Shown here piece after piece: positions 51,784 to 64,000 of a stretch of 64,000 nt of DNA. Made by a program: the position numbers and the translations under genes. Source of the DNA: Hypanus sabinus (lineage: Eukaryota); NCBI RefSeq assembly GCF_030144855.1, contig NC_082731.1, positions 21,514,001 through 21,578,000 on the forward strand, given 5' to 3'. The stretch's first letter is position 1. Each line of letters begins with the position of its first letter. The notes beneath the pieces are model-generated. The model was not told where the DNA came from and did no database searches. It worked only from the letters and a program-made list of their open reading frames with translations.

Positions 51784-52644
51784 TCAAGTTGCACTAGAAG
51801 ATCTATATTCTTTAACATATTTCTTCGCTTCTTCCGGAGTGTTGAAAAATTGCTGACTGTTGTCGTTCAGCGTAATTCTAAGCTTCGCTGGATACATTAA
51901 AGCTTGTTTAAGTCCAATCGAGTGAATCTCTGCCATCACTGGTTTAAAAGCGATTCTCGATCTCATTACATCGTATGAATAATCTTCAACAATTCGAAAT
52001 GTGTTGGTGTTGTAAGAAATCATACCTTTTTTACGAGCTAATCGAATTAAAAGCTCTTTCTCCCGAGGATAATGAAGGCGTACAATCACCGCACGTGGTT
52101 TACCAGACAGAGCCGAAAATCTCGCAACTCTGTGAGCGCGGTCGATAACAGGTTTAGATTGCAAACCTTCAGCACTGAAAGTTTCCCATAGTAATTTAGA
52201 GAAAAATTCAGTTAAATCACCGGACTCAACTTTTTCGGGAAACCCAATGATACGAAAATTCTGTCTGCGAGATCGATTTTCGAGATCAGTAATTTTAAAC
52301 TTATACTGATCCATAGTTTTAGCATTCGACTCTACCTTCTTCTCCAGCGCTTCAATTGTACGTACTTTTTCACAAATTGATTTTTCAAGAGTCGCGATCT
52401 TATCTTCATGCCGCTGAATGTCTGATGCCTGCGATTGAAGTTTAGTTTCAAGCGATCTATCAACTTCTTCAAGTACAGATATTTTCCTGGTAAGCATATT
52501 TTCCAAACTTGTCAGTCTACTTCCCAATTTACCATCTAATCTGCCTCCCAGACCCGAAAGTTTAGCATCCAGTTTAATGTCCAAAAGACTAGAAATTGCG
52601 TCGATGGATAAAGAATCCTTAGACGATTTCTTGCTTGCAGCCAT
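51784..52644 (-). CDS. L1 ORF1p (coiled coil + RRM + CTD), intact 286 aa
   Basis: Uninterrupted ORF with DLENRSRRQNFRIIGFPEKVE, IDRAHRV and LMYPAKLRIT, diagnostic of L1 ORF1. Confidence 0.9.
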   Translation of the reverse strand: MAASKKSSKDSLSIDAISSLLDIKLDAKLSGLGGRLDGKLGSRLTSLENMLTRKISVLEEVDRSLETKLQSQASDIQRHEDKIATLEKSICEKVRTIEALEKKVESNAKTMDQYKFKITDLENRSRRQNFRIIGFPEKVESGDLTEFFSKLLWETFSAEGLQSKPVIDRAHRVARFSALSGKPRAVIVRLHYPREKELLIRLARKKGMISYNTNTFRIVEDYSYDVMRSRIAFKPVMAEIHSIGLKQALMYPAKLRITLNDNSQQFFNTPEEAKKYVKEYRSSSAT

Positions 52645-54356
52645 TTTAAGTTTGGCAAGATTAGATCAAATATTGTTTTAGGACGAAAAAGTTAATCGAA
52701 AGTATCAACCCATGTGAGTAAATTCGAAAAGATTTGATTAAAGGGTGATTATAGTTGAAAAAATGAAGAGCGCCTAAAAGGCAGATGTTTACGTCGCCAT
52801 CTTGAAACTTCACCCCCCCCGGGGGGAATTCTTATCTGTATTACCAGATCCCTCTGTTCTACCGCACTCCTCAGTTCCCGAATTTTTACTTTGGATGTTC
52901 TATCTTGGTTTGTCCTCCCAAAGAGCATTATCTCACACTTGTCTGTATTAAACTCCATCAATCATTTCTGATCCCATTTTTCCACCTGGTCCCAATCTTT
53001 CTGCAAACGTTGAAAACGTTGCTCAGTGTCCACCGCATCTTCAACCTTTGTATCATCAACAAATTTTCTGATCCAATTTACTACATTAAATCCAGATCAT
53101 CATTGATATAAATGCCAGATAACAATGGACCCAGCACTGATCCCTGTGGCGCATGACTAGTTATAGGCCTTCCCTCAAAGCATTCTATTCTTACCCGCAC
53201 TGGCACGTAGCACAGGTAACAATCCCGAAATTATCAACCTCGAGATCCTATTTTAACTTCCTTACAAGTTCTCAAAATCACTCTTCAGGCCCCCCTCACT
53301 CTTTCTTTCTACGTCATCGGTACCGATGTGTACCATGACATCTGGCTGATCACCCTGCAACTTCAGAATGCTCCGCATCCGATCAGAGACTTTACCGACC
53401 CTGACACAAGGGAGGCACCAAACCATCCGGGAGACTCCGTCACGACCACAAAAGCTCCAGTCTGTACATCTAACTATCGAGTCCCCTATCACCACCGTTC
53501 TCCTCTTTTTCCACCCTCCCGTCTGCCCTGCAGAACTAGACTCATTGCCAGTGATCTGCAGCTCCCCAGTTCAGTCATCCCTCAGGACAATATCGAGATT
53601 GGCATACTTGTTGTTTAGGTGAATGTCCACAGGGGTACCCTGTTCATCCTGTCCGTTCCCCTTCGATAGCCTGACAGTAACTCAAGTACCTGTGCGCTGC
53701 TCCTTTGCCATAGCTACCTCCCTGAAACTATTATCCATAAGCTGCTCATACACCCGAATGTTCCGGAATTCATAAAGCTCCTGCTCTAGTTCCATACGTG
53801 GTTTGTTAGGAGCTGCAGCTGGATGCACTTCCTGCAGGTATCGTTGTCAGGGACACCGGTGGTCTCCTGACTTCCCACATCCTGCAACTGAAGCATTACA
53901 ACATCCTGCGTGGACCTCTCTACTCTAAAGAAACAAAACAAAGCTTACCGGAACCTAGCCTCGCCTCTGCCTGTTCACGCCGACGCCTGCTGAGCCAAAG
54001 CTCCCTCTCACTCCGCTGAACGCTCTCAACGCTGTCTACTGTATATCGTGGTCCTTTTTTTTACTTTGACGCTCTAGGCCACTTTTTCCAAAGCAAGCCA
54101 AAAACTGCCTTCTCTCCGAGATTCCTTTACTCATTCACACTCAGCCCCTTCCTTCGATTTAAAATACCGTGGAAAAATTAGTCTCCTTTTTAGACTTTCG
54201 GCACCCCTCGTTATGCGCCTGCGCAGTCGAGTCTATTTGGTCCCTGTGGGTTAAAAAAATACTTCTCTCCGAGAGTCCGTTACTCCTTCATTCTCAGCTT
54301 CTTGCTTCGATTTTGTGCAGCACGTCTGATTTACGGTACCACTCAGTATGCGAAGC

Positions 54357-54689
54357 TTCTTTAATCACTAAGCTGCCTCCAGATTCAAAACTGTGGGACA
54401 ATCATGGCAGATTTTCGTTACACAATATATGCTGAAGATAACGTGTCAACAAAACTTCAACAAATCTCTCATCGCAAAAGGAAAATGCCCTTGCGTTCTG
54501 TATGACGATGTTTATTCAGCCAGTCCGTGGAAAAGACTGCACGGTTTAAAGGGGAGAACATTACTTTTATACGAAGCTTCTTTAGGATATTAGTAAGCGT
54601 ACGTATTTCACCATCAGCACTTTAAACCGTTTCACTCTTTCAGCTGTAATAGGCAACACGCATCCTCTTTCTCTCAATTTGATTATTGA
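54357..54689 (-). pseudogene. TCR V relic
   Basis: Acceptor at 54690, A-E-(G)-E-T-V...C, T-L-Y-*(W)-Y at 54592, ...TGC (G)CC ATG...CC, then heptamer CACAGTT (54389-54395). W-to-end distance 197 nt (intact Vs about 194). Confidence 0.5.
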
Positions 54690-54739
54690 CTTTCAGATTG
54701 ACATTCAGGAGAAACATAAATGGAAGGATTACTAAATGA

Positions 54740-56012
54740 ACATTTATCTCAATCTTCAGCGAGAGTTTTTAGAGGAAATTACCAGGAAAGTGGGGGAAGG
54801 GAAGGCAGTGAATGTTGCATACATGATTCCAGTAAGGCCTTTGACTAGGTCTTCGCATGGGAGGTTAGTTATGAACATTCAGTCTCTAGTTATACATGGA
54901 GAGGTACTAAATAAGATTAGACATTGGCTCAACGGAAGAAGCAAGAAAGTGGTAGTAGAAAATTGCTACTCTGAGTGGAGGCCTGTGACTAGTGGTGTAT
55001 CACTGGGATCAGTCCTGGGTCCATTGCTATGTGTCATCTATATCAATGATCTGGATGATAATGTGGCAAATTGGATCAGCAAATTTGCTGATGATACAAA
55101 GATTGGAGGTGTAGTGGACATTGAGGAAGGTTCTCAGAGCTTGCAGACGGATTTGGACCAGTTGGAGGAATGGGCTGAAAAATGGCAGATGGAGTTTAAT
55201 GCGGACAAATGTGAAATATTGCACTTCGGAATGTTCAAAACAAGGTTGAACATACATGGTAAATTGTAGGACCCTGAGGAGTGCAGTTGAGCAGAAGGAT
55301 CTAAGAATACAGATACGTAATTGCCTAAATGTGGGGTCACAGGTGGACAGGGTCGTAAAGAGATCTTTTGGTACATTGTCCTTTATAAATGAAAGTATTG
55401 AGTATAGGAGTTGGAAATAATGGTGAGGTTGTATAAGACACTGGTGAGACCGGATTTGGAGTATTGTGCAGTTTTGGTCACCTAATTACAGGACGGATAC
55501 TTATAACGCTGAAAGAGTGCACTGAAGGTTTATGAGGATGTTACCGGGACTTGAGAAACTGAGTTACAGAGAAAGGTTGAAAATGTCAGGACATTATTCC
55601 CTGGAGTGTAGGAGAATGAGGGGTGATTTGATAGAGCTGCATACAATTATTATGGGTATAGGCAGAGTGAATGCAAAAGTGCTTTTTTCCACTGAGGCTA
55701 GGGGAGAAAAGAAAAACTGAGGTCATGGGTTAAGGGTGAAGGGGGAAAGGATTAAAGGGAAGATGTGGGATTGATCTTCTTCACGCAGAGAGTGGTGAAA
55801 GTGTGGAATGAGCTGCCAGATGAAGTGATGAATGCAGGTTCACTTTTGACATTCAGGAAAAACTTGGACTTGCATATGGTTGATAGGGTTTTGGAGGGAT
55901 ATGGCCCGTGAGCATGTCAGTGAGACCTGGCAGAAAATGGATCGGCACAGCCAATAAGGGCCAAAAGGCCTGTTTCTGTGCTGTAATGTTCTATGGTTCT
56001 CAGGTTATATGG
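54740..56012 (+). mobile_element. CR1 ORF2 RT to 3' end
   Basis: SGVSLGSVLGPLL...ISKFADDTKIGG...WQMEFNADKCE; 3' tail (TTCTATGG)-like. Confidence 0.9.
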
Positions 56013-56049
56013 TTCACATAAAGAAAGGATCATTGGGAGTTAAACGGGA

Positions 56050-57560
56050 TTAATTAATATATCACAGGAAGAAATTAATCTGCTGTAAAACGGAGTTCTT
56101 AGCCAACATTAGATTTGATTACCTTTAACTAGGTGTCAGGAAGGAAGCACTTATGGAAATTAGAAATGTGTGACAGATGATCAAACGGTGCTGAAGCTCT
56201 GTGTATAGAGGTACGGAACTGCGATTTTTAACATCCCTCATGGACGAGGTTTACATACCAATTTAAGCAGCGGGATTCCTAAAAATCAAAATGAAAGATA
56301 GAATGCACATGCAAAAAAGGTAATATTACAATATACATGGGGGAAATCAAACCGGATGATATTTGGAAGATACATTAGTGCTGGATTCGATTAAGGGGAG
56401 TTTCTACAGTACCTACGGGATGGATCTTTAGAACACATCATGGCTGAACAAAATACGTTGATGAGGATAGGGTGGTAGCTTTAGTCTACGTGCGTTTTAG
56501 CAAGGGATCCTTGGCTGTTCTAATAAAAAATGGCTTCCTGGAAGAAAACAGAGCGTAATAGTGGAAGGAAAGTATTCGGCCTGGAATTCAATGGCCTGTG
56601 GAGTTCCCCTAGGATCTGTGCTAGGAACACTCTCATTGTGATTTTTATAAATTACCTGAATGAAGAGGAGGAAGGATTGTTAAGTAAGTTTGTGGATGAC
56701 ACGAAGATTGGAGGATTTGTGGATGGAGCTGTACGTTGCCGAAGATCGGAAGAGGATATAGACAGGATGCAGAGTTGGGTAGAAAAGTGGCAGATGGAGT
56801 TCCATCCGGATAAGTGTGAGGTCATACATTTTGGAAGGGCAAACCATCCGACTGAGTGCAGACGTAATGGTCGGTTACCTAAGGGTTTGGATGAAAAGAG
56901 GAAACTTGGGGTTCACATCCATACATCCCTCAAAGACGTTGCCTTGTTTGATGGGATAGTTAGGAAGGCCTATGGGATGCTTGGATTATTTAATAGGGGG
57001 ATTGCGTGCAAGAGTAGAGAGGTCATGCGGCAACATACGAAAATCTGCTGAGACAAAACTTAGGGTATTGTGTTCAGTTCTGGATATCTCATTATAGGAA
57101 GGATGCGGAAGCTATGGAGAAAGTGCAGAGGAGATACACCAGGATGTTGCCTGATTGGAAAATAAATTTTATGAGCCAAGTTTAGCAGAGCTCGTCGTTT
57201 ACACTGGAGAGTAGGAGGATGAGAAGGGATTTGATAGAGGTCTACAATTTGTGAGAGACATAAATAGGTTGAATAGTCAGTTTTCTTATGCTACGACCGT
57301 TTCCCAGGGCACTAATAACAAATACAAGAGGGCAGATGTACAGAGTTAAAGGAGGATAGTTTCGGGGAGATATCAGGGCAATGTTTTTCACACAGAGGAT
57401 TGAGGGTGCCTGGAGTGACATTCCAGGGATAGTGGTTGTGGCTGAACCATCAGAAATATTTAAGGCACATGGATAAATGGGGGGGGGGGAAGGGTTACTG
57501 TGTGGTGCAGGTTCTGTATTTTTTTAAGGAATGTATAGTTCGGCACAATATCGATGGCTG
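56050..57560 (+). mobile_element. Degenerate CR1 ORF2
   Basis: LSKFVDDTKIGG...WQMEFHPDKCEVIHFG (ORF 56530-57051). Confidence 0.85.
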
Positions 57561-57574
57561 AAGTAAGGAGCAGC

Positions 57575-58900
57575 TGCAGCTCCTCAACCGTGTTAGGGAA
57601 CTGGAGCTGGAGCTGGATGGACGTCGGGTCATTCGGGAGGCAGAGGCAGAAGTAGACAGGAGATTTAGGAAGATATTCGCCCCTTGGTGTCAGTAGACAG
57701 GGCGACTGTCAGGAGAGGGAAGGGTATCAGACAGGAAGAGCAAAGCACCCCTGTGGCCGCTCCCATCAACAATAACTATACCCGTTTAGATATTGTATGT
57801 GGGGAGGACATACCAGGGAAAAGTTACAATGTTTGCGTCTGTGGCACTGAGACTAGAAATAATATGCTTTGAATGGAAGGAGGGAAAAGTGGATAGCAGC
57901 AGTGATAGGGGATTCGATAGTTAAGGGGACAGATTCGAGGTTTTGTTTAAGCGGTCGAGAATCCCGGGTGGACTCATGCCTCCCTGGTGCCAGGGTCCAC
58001 GATGTCTCGGATCGAAGTCTCAGTATTCTCAAGAGGGAGGTTGAACAGCCGGATATCGCTCTCCATGTAGGGACCAATGACGGGGTTAGGAAGAGTGAGA
58101 AGAGTGAGGAGGTCCTGAAAGGTGAGCTTAGGGATCTAGCTGCCAAGATAAAGGACAGGACCACCAGGATAGCAATCTCAGGATTGCTACCAGTGCCACG
58201 TGCAGGTTGGTTTATAAATAGTAAGTTAGTGCAGATCAACAAGTGGCTGAAGACATGGTGCAGGAGGGAGGGCTTCAGGTTTATAGATATTTTGGGCAGT
58301 TTTCAAGGGAACGTGGGACCTGTTCCGACGGACGGTTTACATCCGAACTGGAAGAGGACTAATATTCTGGCAAGTAGGTTTGCTAGATAGGTTCCAGTGG
58401 ATTTAAACTAGATACGGAGGGGGTGAGGGGGCGTTTTGGAGGGGAACCAGATCGTAGGAAATGATGTATGGGAGAAGGAATAAAAAGAAGACAGTAAAGT
58501 TCTTTGAACTGTAAGACAGAGCCGAAGAGGTGGAGAATTTCTTAAATGCATTTATTTTATTACTCGGAACACTGTAAGAAAGGTGGTTGAGATTAGAACA
58601 TGGATTGATATCTGGTAATATGATGTTGTTGATACCAGTGAAACACGGTTGCAAGAGGTGTGTGATTGGCCATTGAATATTCCTGGATTTCTTTGCTCAG
58701 GTGTGATAGAATCGGAAGAACAACAGCGGGAGGTGTTGCTTGTCAGTTTAAATATTACAGCGAAGCTCTGGCAGGATAGTTTAGAGGGTTCAACGACAGG
58801 GAATATTGTTGTGATTGTGGGATAATCTGCTTTTCCAGAGATAGACTGCGAAGACCATACTGTAAAAGGGATAAAAGGTTTACTAAACGGGGAGATCAAT
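57575..58900 (+). mobile_element. CR1 5' portion (ORF1 with SGNH esterase; start of ORF2 endonuclease)
   Basis: ORF 57869-58390 VIGDSIVKGTDSRFC...CLPGARV...HVGTND...DGLHPNWKRTNILA; then YDVVDTSETRLQ. Confidence 0.88.
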
Positions 58901-60229
58901 GTGACGGTAGATTGAGAACATGAGGTTGGTGCTGAAATAAAGGAGGAGGAATGTTCAAGATGCCAACAAGATGTTGTTTTTCCTTTAAGAGCAACTTTTG
59001 GTTGAGCCCGCGAGAGGATCAGCTACTTTGTATTGGCTTTTGTGCAACGAACTAGAATTGAATGGATTTTTAAAGAAAACGTCGCTGCTCGGGGCAAGTG
59101 ATCTGAAAACTGTATAGATTGCCCTGAAATTTGAGAAGGAGAGTTTCAAGCCTCATTGGATGATAATATCAGTGCACGAAAGTGAATTACGAAGGCGTAA
59201 GGGAGGAATTGGGAAGAAAGGTCGGAAAAGAAGACTGGTGGGTGTAACGACAGAGCAGCAATGACTGTAATTTCCCGCAACAATCAGGAACAAACAGGAT
59301 ATACGCATACCAAGGAGGAAGATGTACTCTAAAGAAAAGATAGCACGCCCGTGTTAAAAATGAGAAATCAAAATTAACGTAAAAGTATAAGCGAGGCAAT
59401 GTAATTGGTCAAAATACACAGGATCTTTGTCTGAAACGTCAACTGTGCTTCTTCCTTTAGATGCTGTCTGTTCTGCTGCGTTCCAACAGAGTTTTACGTG
59501 CTTTGCTTGAATTTTCGGCATCTGCTGATTTCCTCGTGTTTGCATTTCTAACAGAGAAAAGCTGGTTTGAGAACAGAAGATTTGATAGTGTTTTTTTTTA
59601 TCTAAACTAAAACGCAAGTATAACCTTATCAATTAAAAAATCAAGATTGCGAAACTAAGCTGTCCAACCGTATTAAGGAATATATCAACAATTTCTTGAA
59701 ATGCAAGAGTGGATATCAAAGTGCAGTTTATCGAAGTGATTCAGAATAGAATTCACTGCGTAATTTAATAAAGAAGTATTAATTCCATTTAATTTCACAT
59801 CACAAAGGCCACATGAGCTGCTAAGGTATCTATTAAGTATGTTCAGGTATCCTTCGAGGAATTCTGTTGAATATGTCTAGGTGGCGATATCCCTTTGCTG
59901 GGGACACTACGCTGTTTTACCATATGTTTTCCACTACAAGCTAAAGATTGCATCAAGTGGTGTCACACATTTGGGATTCTCTGAGTGATGAACTGAATAA
60001 AATATTCTGTATTCTGCAATTGAGTGGCGGCTGGATAAGGTGAATAGTGTTCTAGATATATTGTCCAGAAGTAAGGAGTCATGCTTCACATTATATCGAC
60101 GCCGATGATAAAGACGATGTTAACCATTTTCTTTCAAAAATATGTGATAATTTAGACATCTATCTCTATGAAAGTGCATAATCAAGCTCTCAACATGTAA
60201 AACATTGAGATGTTTTGAAATGTAAATCC

Positions 60230-60500
60230 CAAGGAACGTAATTGATAAGGGATCTATCTAATCGAAAAGTTGCACCAAGGTGAACAAATTTTACACATGG
60301 AACGATTATAAGCGAGAGTTGGTCCGAGAGGTGGACTGACCAAAATGAGAAGTTCTTTTTTTGTTTTGATTTTATGAACATTCGTGAGTATGAGCCTTCC
60401 TCGTTGAGTGCCTACCGGATATTCTGCATGTAATTTCAATATTTGTCTGTTGTTGCAAGATAACGTGCCATTCAAATATGATAGCACTTCTGTTCGGCCT
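60230..60500 (-). pseudogene. Possible TCR V relic
   Basis: TLSCN, then E-Y-P-V-G-T (compare QYPGGS), and V-P...H-L-G-A-T (compare VP...HLEDT). No RSS found. Confidence 0.3.
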
Positions 60501-61142
60501 GTCTGAAGAAATTGAAATAACCAAACGTCAAGTAAAATAAATTAATTGCACATTATTATAAATAGCATTGGGGATTTTCTCCATAAGACATGCTTCCAAA
60601 CAGTTACTTATACGGTATGGTTACATTCATGAATTAAATACGGTTATAAGTATATATTAAGAAAGATCAAATATTTAGACGGGGAACTTCATCGCAGCAA
60701 GGAGAATGAAACAGCAGAAGATCATACGACAGTTTGCGGCTCACCCTTTCGAGAATTTAATCATGGCTAATCGTACAAATTACATTCAGTATTCCTGCGC
60801 TTCCAGGTACCATTCTGGTGAAACCTTTACATTGCACTATTTTAATAAGTTACTTATTGACTCGATACTTGATTTCGATCCCTGTCCAGCACACGCCTGT
60901 CAGACCACAGCTGCCTTTGGTCGAGAAAGTCAGAACGCCGGCATGATTTTTTTTTAATCAGAGCGATCAATCTGGCTAGCATTGTGACGGGCATTTAGAA
61001 CGCAACATGTGAGTATCGGGGCAGATTCTGAAGTTGTTAGGAATGGCCTTGGCAGATATTCTCCCACTGGTGGTTGAGTTGGAATAAGCTTTTTTTTTAA
61101 GCACAGTCCGTTCAGTTACTTTGTCAAAGTCTGCTAGTGCCG

Positions 61143-61433
61143 GACTGTGACATATTGTTTCCTTGTGACGGAAGATGGTAAATTGTGGAGTGACTGATTA
61201 TTGAAATGAATTGCATTTATACATTATTTTAAGTTGAATTATAAACAGTTATATACTGTAAATGAATTAAGGTGAAGTGGTTGCTTTGAAATGGAAACTT
61301 ACTTTGGACGATACCAGAAATTAAATTGGATGGTATCAATTGAGTGATAGTATAGCTTAGAGCCCGTTGATTTAATCTAATGTTCCATTTCCTCAGCCAT
61401 AGCAGTAGCACACCATTTGTTTGACAGACATCC
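61143..61433 (-). pseudogene. TCR V relic
   Basis: Acceptor CTAAAAG|GG ATG TCT GTC AAA CAA (S-V-K-Q), A-E-E, L-S-Y(C)-T, F-W-Y-R with TGG at 61314-61316 (117 nt into the exon), N-L-T-I-S-S-V across small indels, heptamer CACAGTC (61143-61149). Confidence 0.6.
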
Positions 61434-63176
61434 CTTTTAGATTGCAAAACAACACAATGTTAAAGGTAAACTAGTCTTCAATATATTGTATTCATCACTT
61501 CTACTTGAACTGAACGTTTATTACTTCCATCAACATTTCACATTTAAATGCGATTGCACGCGAAATGTATCATGGGCATATTGGCGCTTATTGGATTTTT
61601 TGCATTTAATTCAATTTCGGTCCACATGCAATCTACATATCCCATTGAATTTCTGTGCCCGCAGGTCAACATTTGAGTTTGTAGAAATAACTGAAAGGAA
61701 ACACCTGTTTGTCCCATGCAATGAAAAACCAACTGTTTCCAATCGGCTGCTCAGAGACAGAAAATGGATGGTTATGTATAGAACAGTATGAGATCAACAT
61801 CTTCCCAGCAACAGGTATCACTTACTGTCAGAAACTTGTCTTATTGGTGTTGCGGTGCAGTATTCAGATTCAATCCAAATTTGGGTTTATCCTTCACAGA
61901 TTGACGAGATCCTGAAAACAACCGGGATTTAGACATGAGACATTAGTTTTTCTTCCCTCCAATCAAAGTCTCAAGTTCTCATAACAGCTCGCAACTCGCA
62001 AACTGACTCCGTGGCAATATGGTGAATTACTATCCCAGAAAACAACTCTCTGAATGGAGAAGACTATTTTTTTTTTCAAATTGCCAGGCAGAACCCGACA
62101 GGATGCTTCCCATCCGCGCCAATTTCTCACCAAGAAAATATTGGGATTTTCATTAACAGGGCAAAATTGAGATAAGAACAGTGAAAGGAAATGTCCCAGC
62201 CAACGCTTCATTACAGCTGGAAATACATTCAGTATTGTACGCGTATGTTGAATAGTACCACAATATGAGTCCCCACTCGCATGTTAACGCCAACATAGAC
62301 CGAATGATATTTTTGCTGGAAAAAATGAAAGTCCATTTGATGATTTCGTCATTTGGAAACATCCATTCAGGTCAAATGGAAGACAGTGACATTACTGATG
62401 GAACAGAGAGGGACCATCAATAATCCATCCCACCCTTAAACATGCCAGAGCAACCAGAACCATTGTCTCTTACAATCTTTCCTTTAGGTTAGTCCTGAGG
62501 AAGGGTCTCGGCCCGAAACTATGACAGCGCTTCTGCCTGCAGATGCTGCCAAGCCTGCTGTGTTCTAACAGCATTTTGTGTCTGTTGTTCATTGATTCTT
62601 AACATGGAAATTCAACAACATCATCACATTGATTGCTAAGTAATGTCTCTGCCTGAACACAATTTCAAAATCATTTGAACATGTCCAAGAAATCTCACAA
62701 GTCCATAAAATATAATTTTTGCAGCAGAATGGAATTCCAAAACTCTCCTTTTAAAGATAACCGACCAACAGAGATCAAAATCCATTCAGATTGAGATTAT
62801 TACAATGAGATCTCCAAAAATGTGATTGCATTGGATCATCTAATTTTGCACTTCCATAAAGTATTGAAATGCTGAGAAGAAAACGTTTCTATTATATAAT
62901 TAGTTCAAACGATCTAAGAAAACCTCATCGTGAACCAGATTTCAGATTTCAGATGATTCGTTTACTCCGTTCTTGCGTCTGATCTCGGAGAACAATGTGG
63001 AGAATAGCGATATTGAAGAGGATTGATGGCGATGTATCATGACGCTGTTCCTCGAGAAGGTACTGACGATAATTACTATAGAGCGGATTTGACAACACTT
63101 AAAAATAATTTCCTGATTAGTAAGAACCTGCTTTAGTCCAGGAAAGAGAAAGTTTACAGTCCAAGGACCTTATATT

Positions 63177-63353
63177 NNNNNNNNNNNNNNNNNNNNNNNN
63201 NNNNNNNNNNNNNNNNNNNNNNNNNNNNNNNNNNNNNNNNNNNNNNNNNNNNNNNNNNNNNNNNNNNNNNNNNNNNNNNNNNNNNNNNNNNNNNNNNNNN
63301 NNNNNNNNNNNNNNNNNNNNNNNNNNNNNNNNNNNNNNNNNNNNNNNNNNNNN
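63177..63353. other. Assembly gap (177 N)
   Basis: Run of N. Confidence 1.
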
Positions 63354-64000
63354 GTGCTGGCATCTCTGTTAATTGTGATATATATATATATATATATAAA
63401 TGATAAAAAAATAACATTTTAATCGACAGTTTGGTATGCTTGCTGAAGATACGAAATTTGTTGAAATTGTTCATTCTGTAGACTATTCGTCAAAACCACA
63501 GTGGAAAATTGAACTGATGCATATATATGTGGTAAGAGGAAAATTCCATTCAGCCCTGTTAATTTTGTAGTACTGCAGCTTGTAAATCAAATGTAGAGAT
63601 AAAATACACTGAGAGGTTCACTGCCGTGAATAGTTCAGGTTAGCGGAAGGACTTGCCGTGCAGTAATATAGTTCTCTAAGAGTGGATACACAGTTTGAAA
63701 TGGTAGCTCAGAAGACATATGGCATGCTGCATTCATTACCCGACGCATGGAGTTCAGAATCCAGGAAATTATGGGAAGGTTCTAGTTCACAATATTTGGA
63801 ACATTCGATAATGTTCTGTTGATCCCATTATGAAAAGTACTTTCAGTATTTGCAAAGCAGCAGATCGGGAATGGGCGCTGCATGGATGCTGCCTGTGTTT
63901 TAGGGCAGGTGGTACAACGAAAGATTCAATGCAGTTTGGTAATTTTCCCTGGAGTGTTTCATGTTCTGAAGATGTACAGCGCTTCATGATATTACGACAT

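Larger units (their letters stand above)
46683..52823 (-). mobile_element. Full-length L1-clade LINE (about 6.1 kb) with 10-bp TSD
   Basis: TSD GGGAATTCTT at 46673-46682 and 52824-52833. The 5' end GGGGGGGGTGAAGTTTCAAGATGGCG contains a YY1 motif. The 3' end has AATAAA plus a (GAAA)n tail. Contains ORF1, an about 950-bp spacer and ORF2. Confidence 0.93.
45945..54000 (-). mobile_element. Internally deleted CR1 (45945-46682 plus 52824-54000) split by the L1
   Basis: (AACCATAG) tail at 45945; RT motif EFNTDKCEIM (52749-52961); ORF1 esterase VIGDSIVR (53262-53495); ORF1 Cys motif CFSCRMWEV...TCRKCIQLQLL near 53800-53900. Confidence 0.82.

Noticed and set aside
1-64000. CRISPR arrays, tRNA/rRNA genes, TCR D/J/C exons
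   Set aside because: No regularly spaced repeat-spacer array, no RNA-gene signature, no 12-RSS-flanked D, no FGxG J with RSS and donor, and no C1-set exon seen.

Overview
Vertebrate genomic DNA, most likely a cartilaginous fish (ray/skate-type CR1, Rex1 and Penelope-derived repeats; this is inference). The window lies inside a T-cell receptor alpha/delta-type V-segment cluster, and every V is on the minus strand. Two V genes look functional (leader exon, intron, 307-nt V exon, 23-bp RSS; 6411-7274 and 24657-25517). A third V (39662-40142) has an open V exon, but its leader carries a stop codon. The two intact Vs sit in a tandem segmental duplication (about 1-14690 vs about 20116-33440, offset about 18.2 kb at the V genes). 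Reading through frameshifts reveals about 17 further decayed V relics that the ORF track misses; each duplicated unit carries one intact V plus five relics. A strong CTCF motif lies about 22 bp downstream of the third V's RSS, with degenerate versions next to other RSSs. The rest is transposon-derived: many CR1 fragments, Rex1-type LINEs, a decayed chromodomain Gypsy element, Penelope-type fragments, and a full-length L1 (intact ORF1, 10-bp TSD) nested in a CR1. No D, J or C segment, RNA gene or CRISPR array was found. All calls were made by eye; identities are hand estimates.
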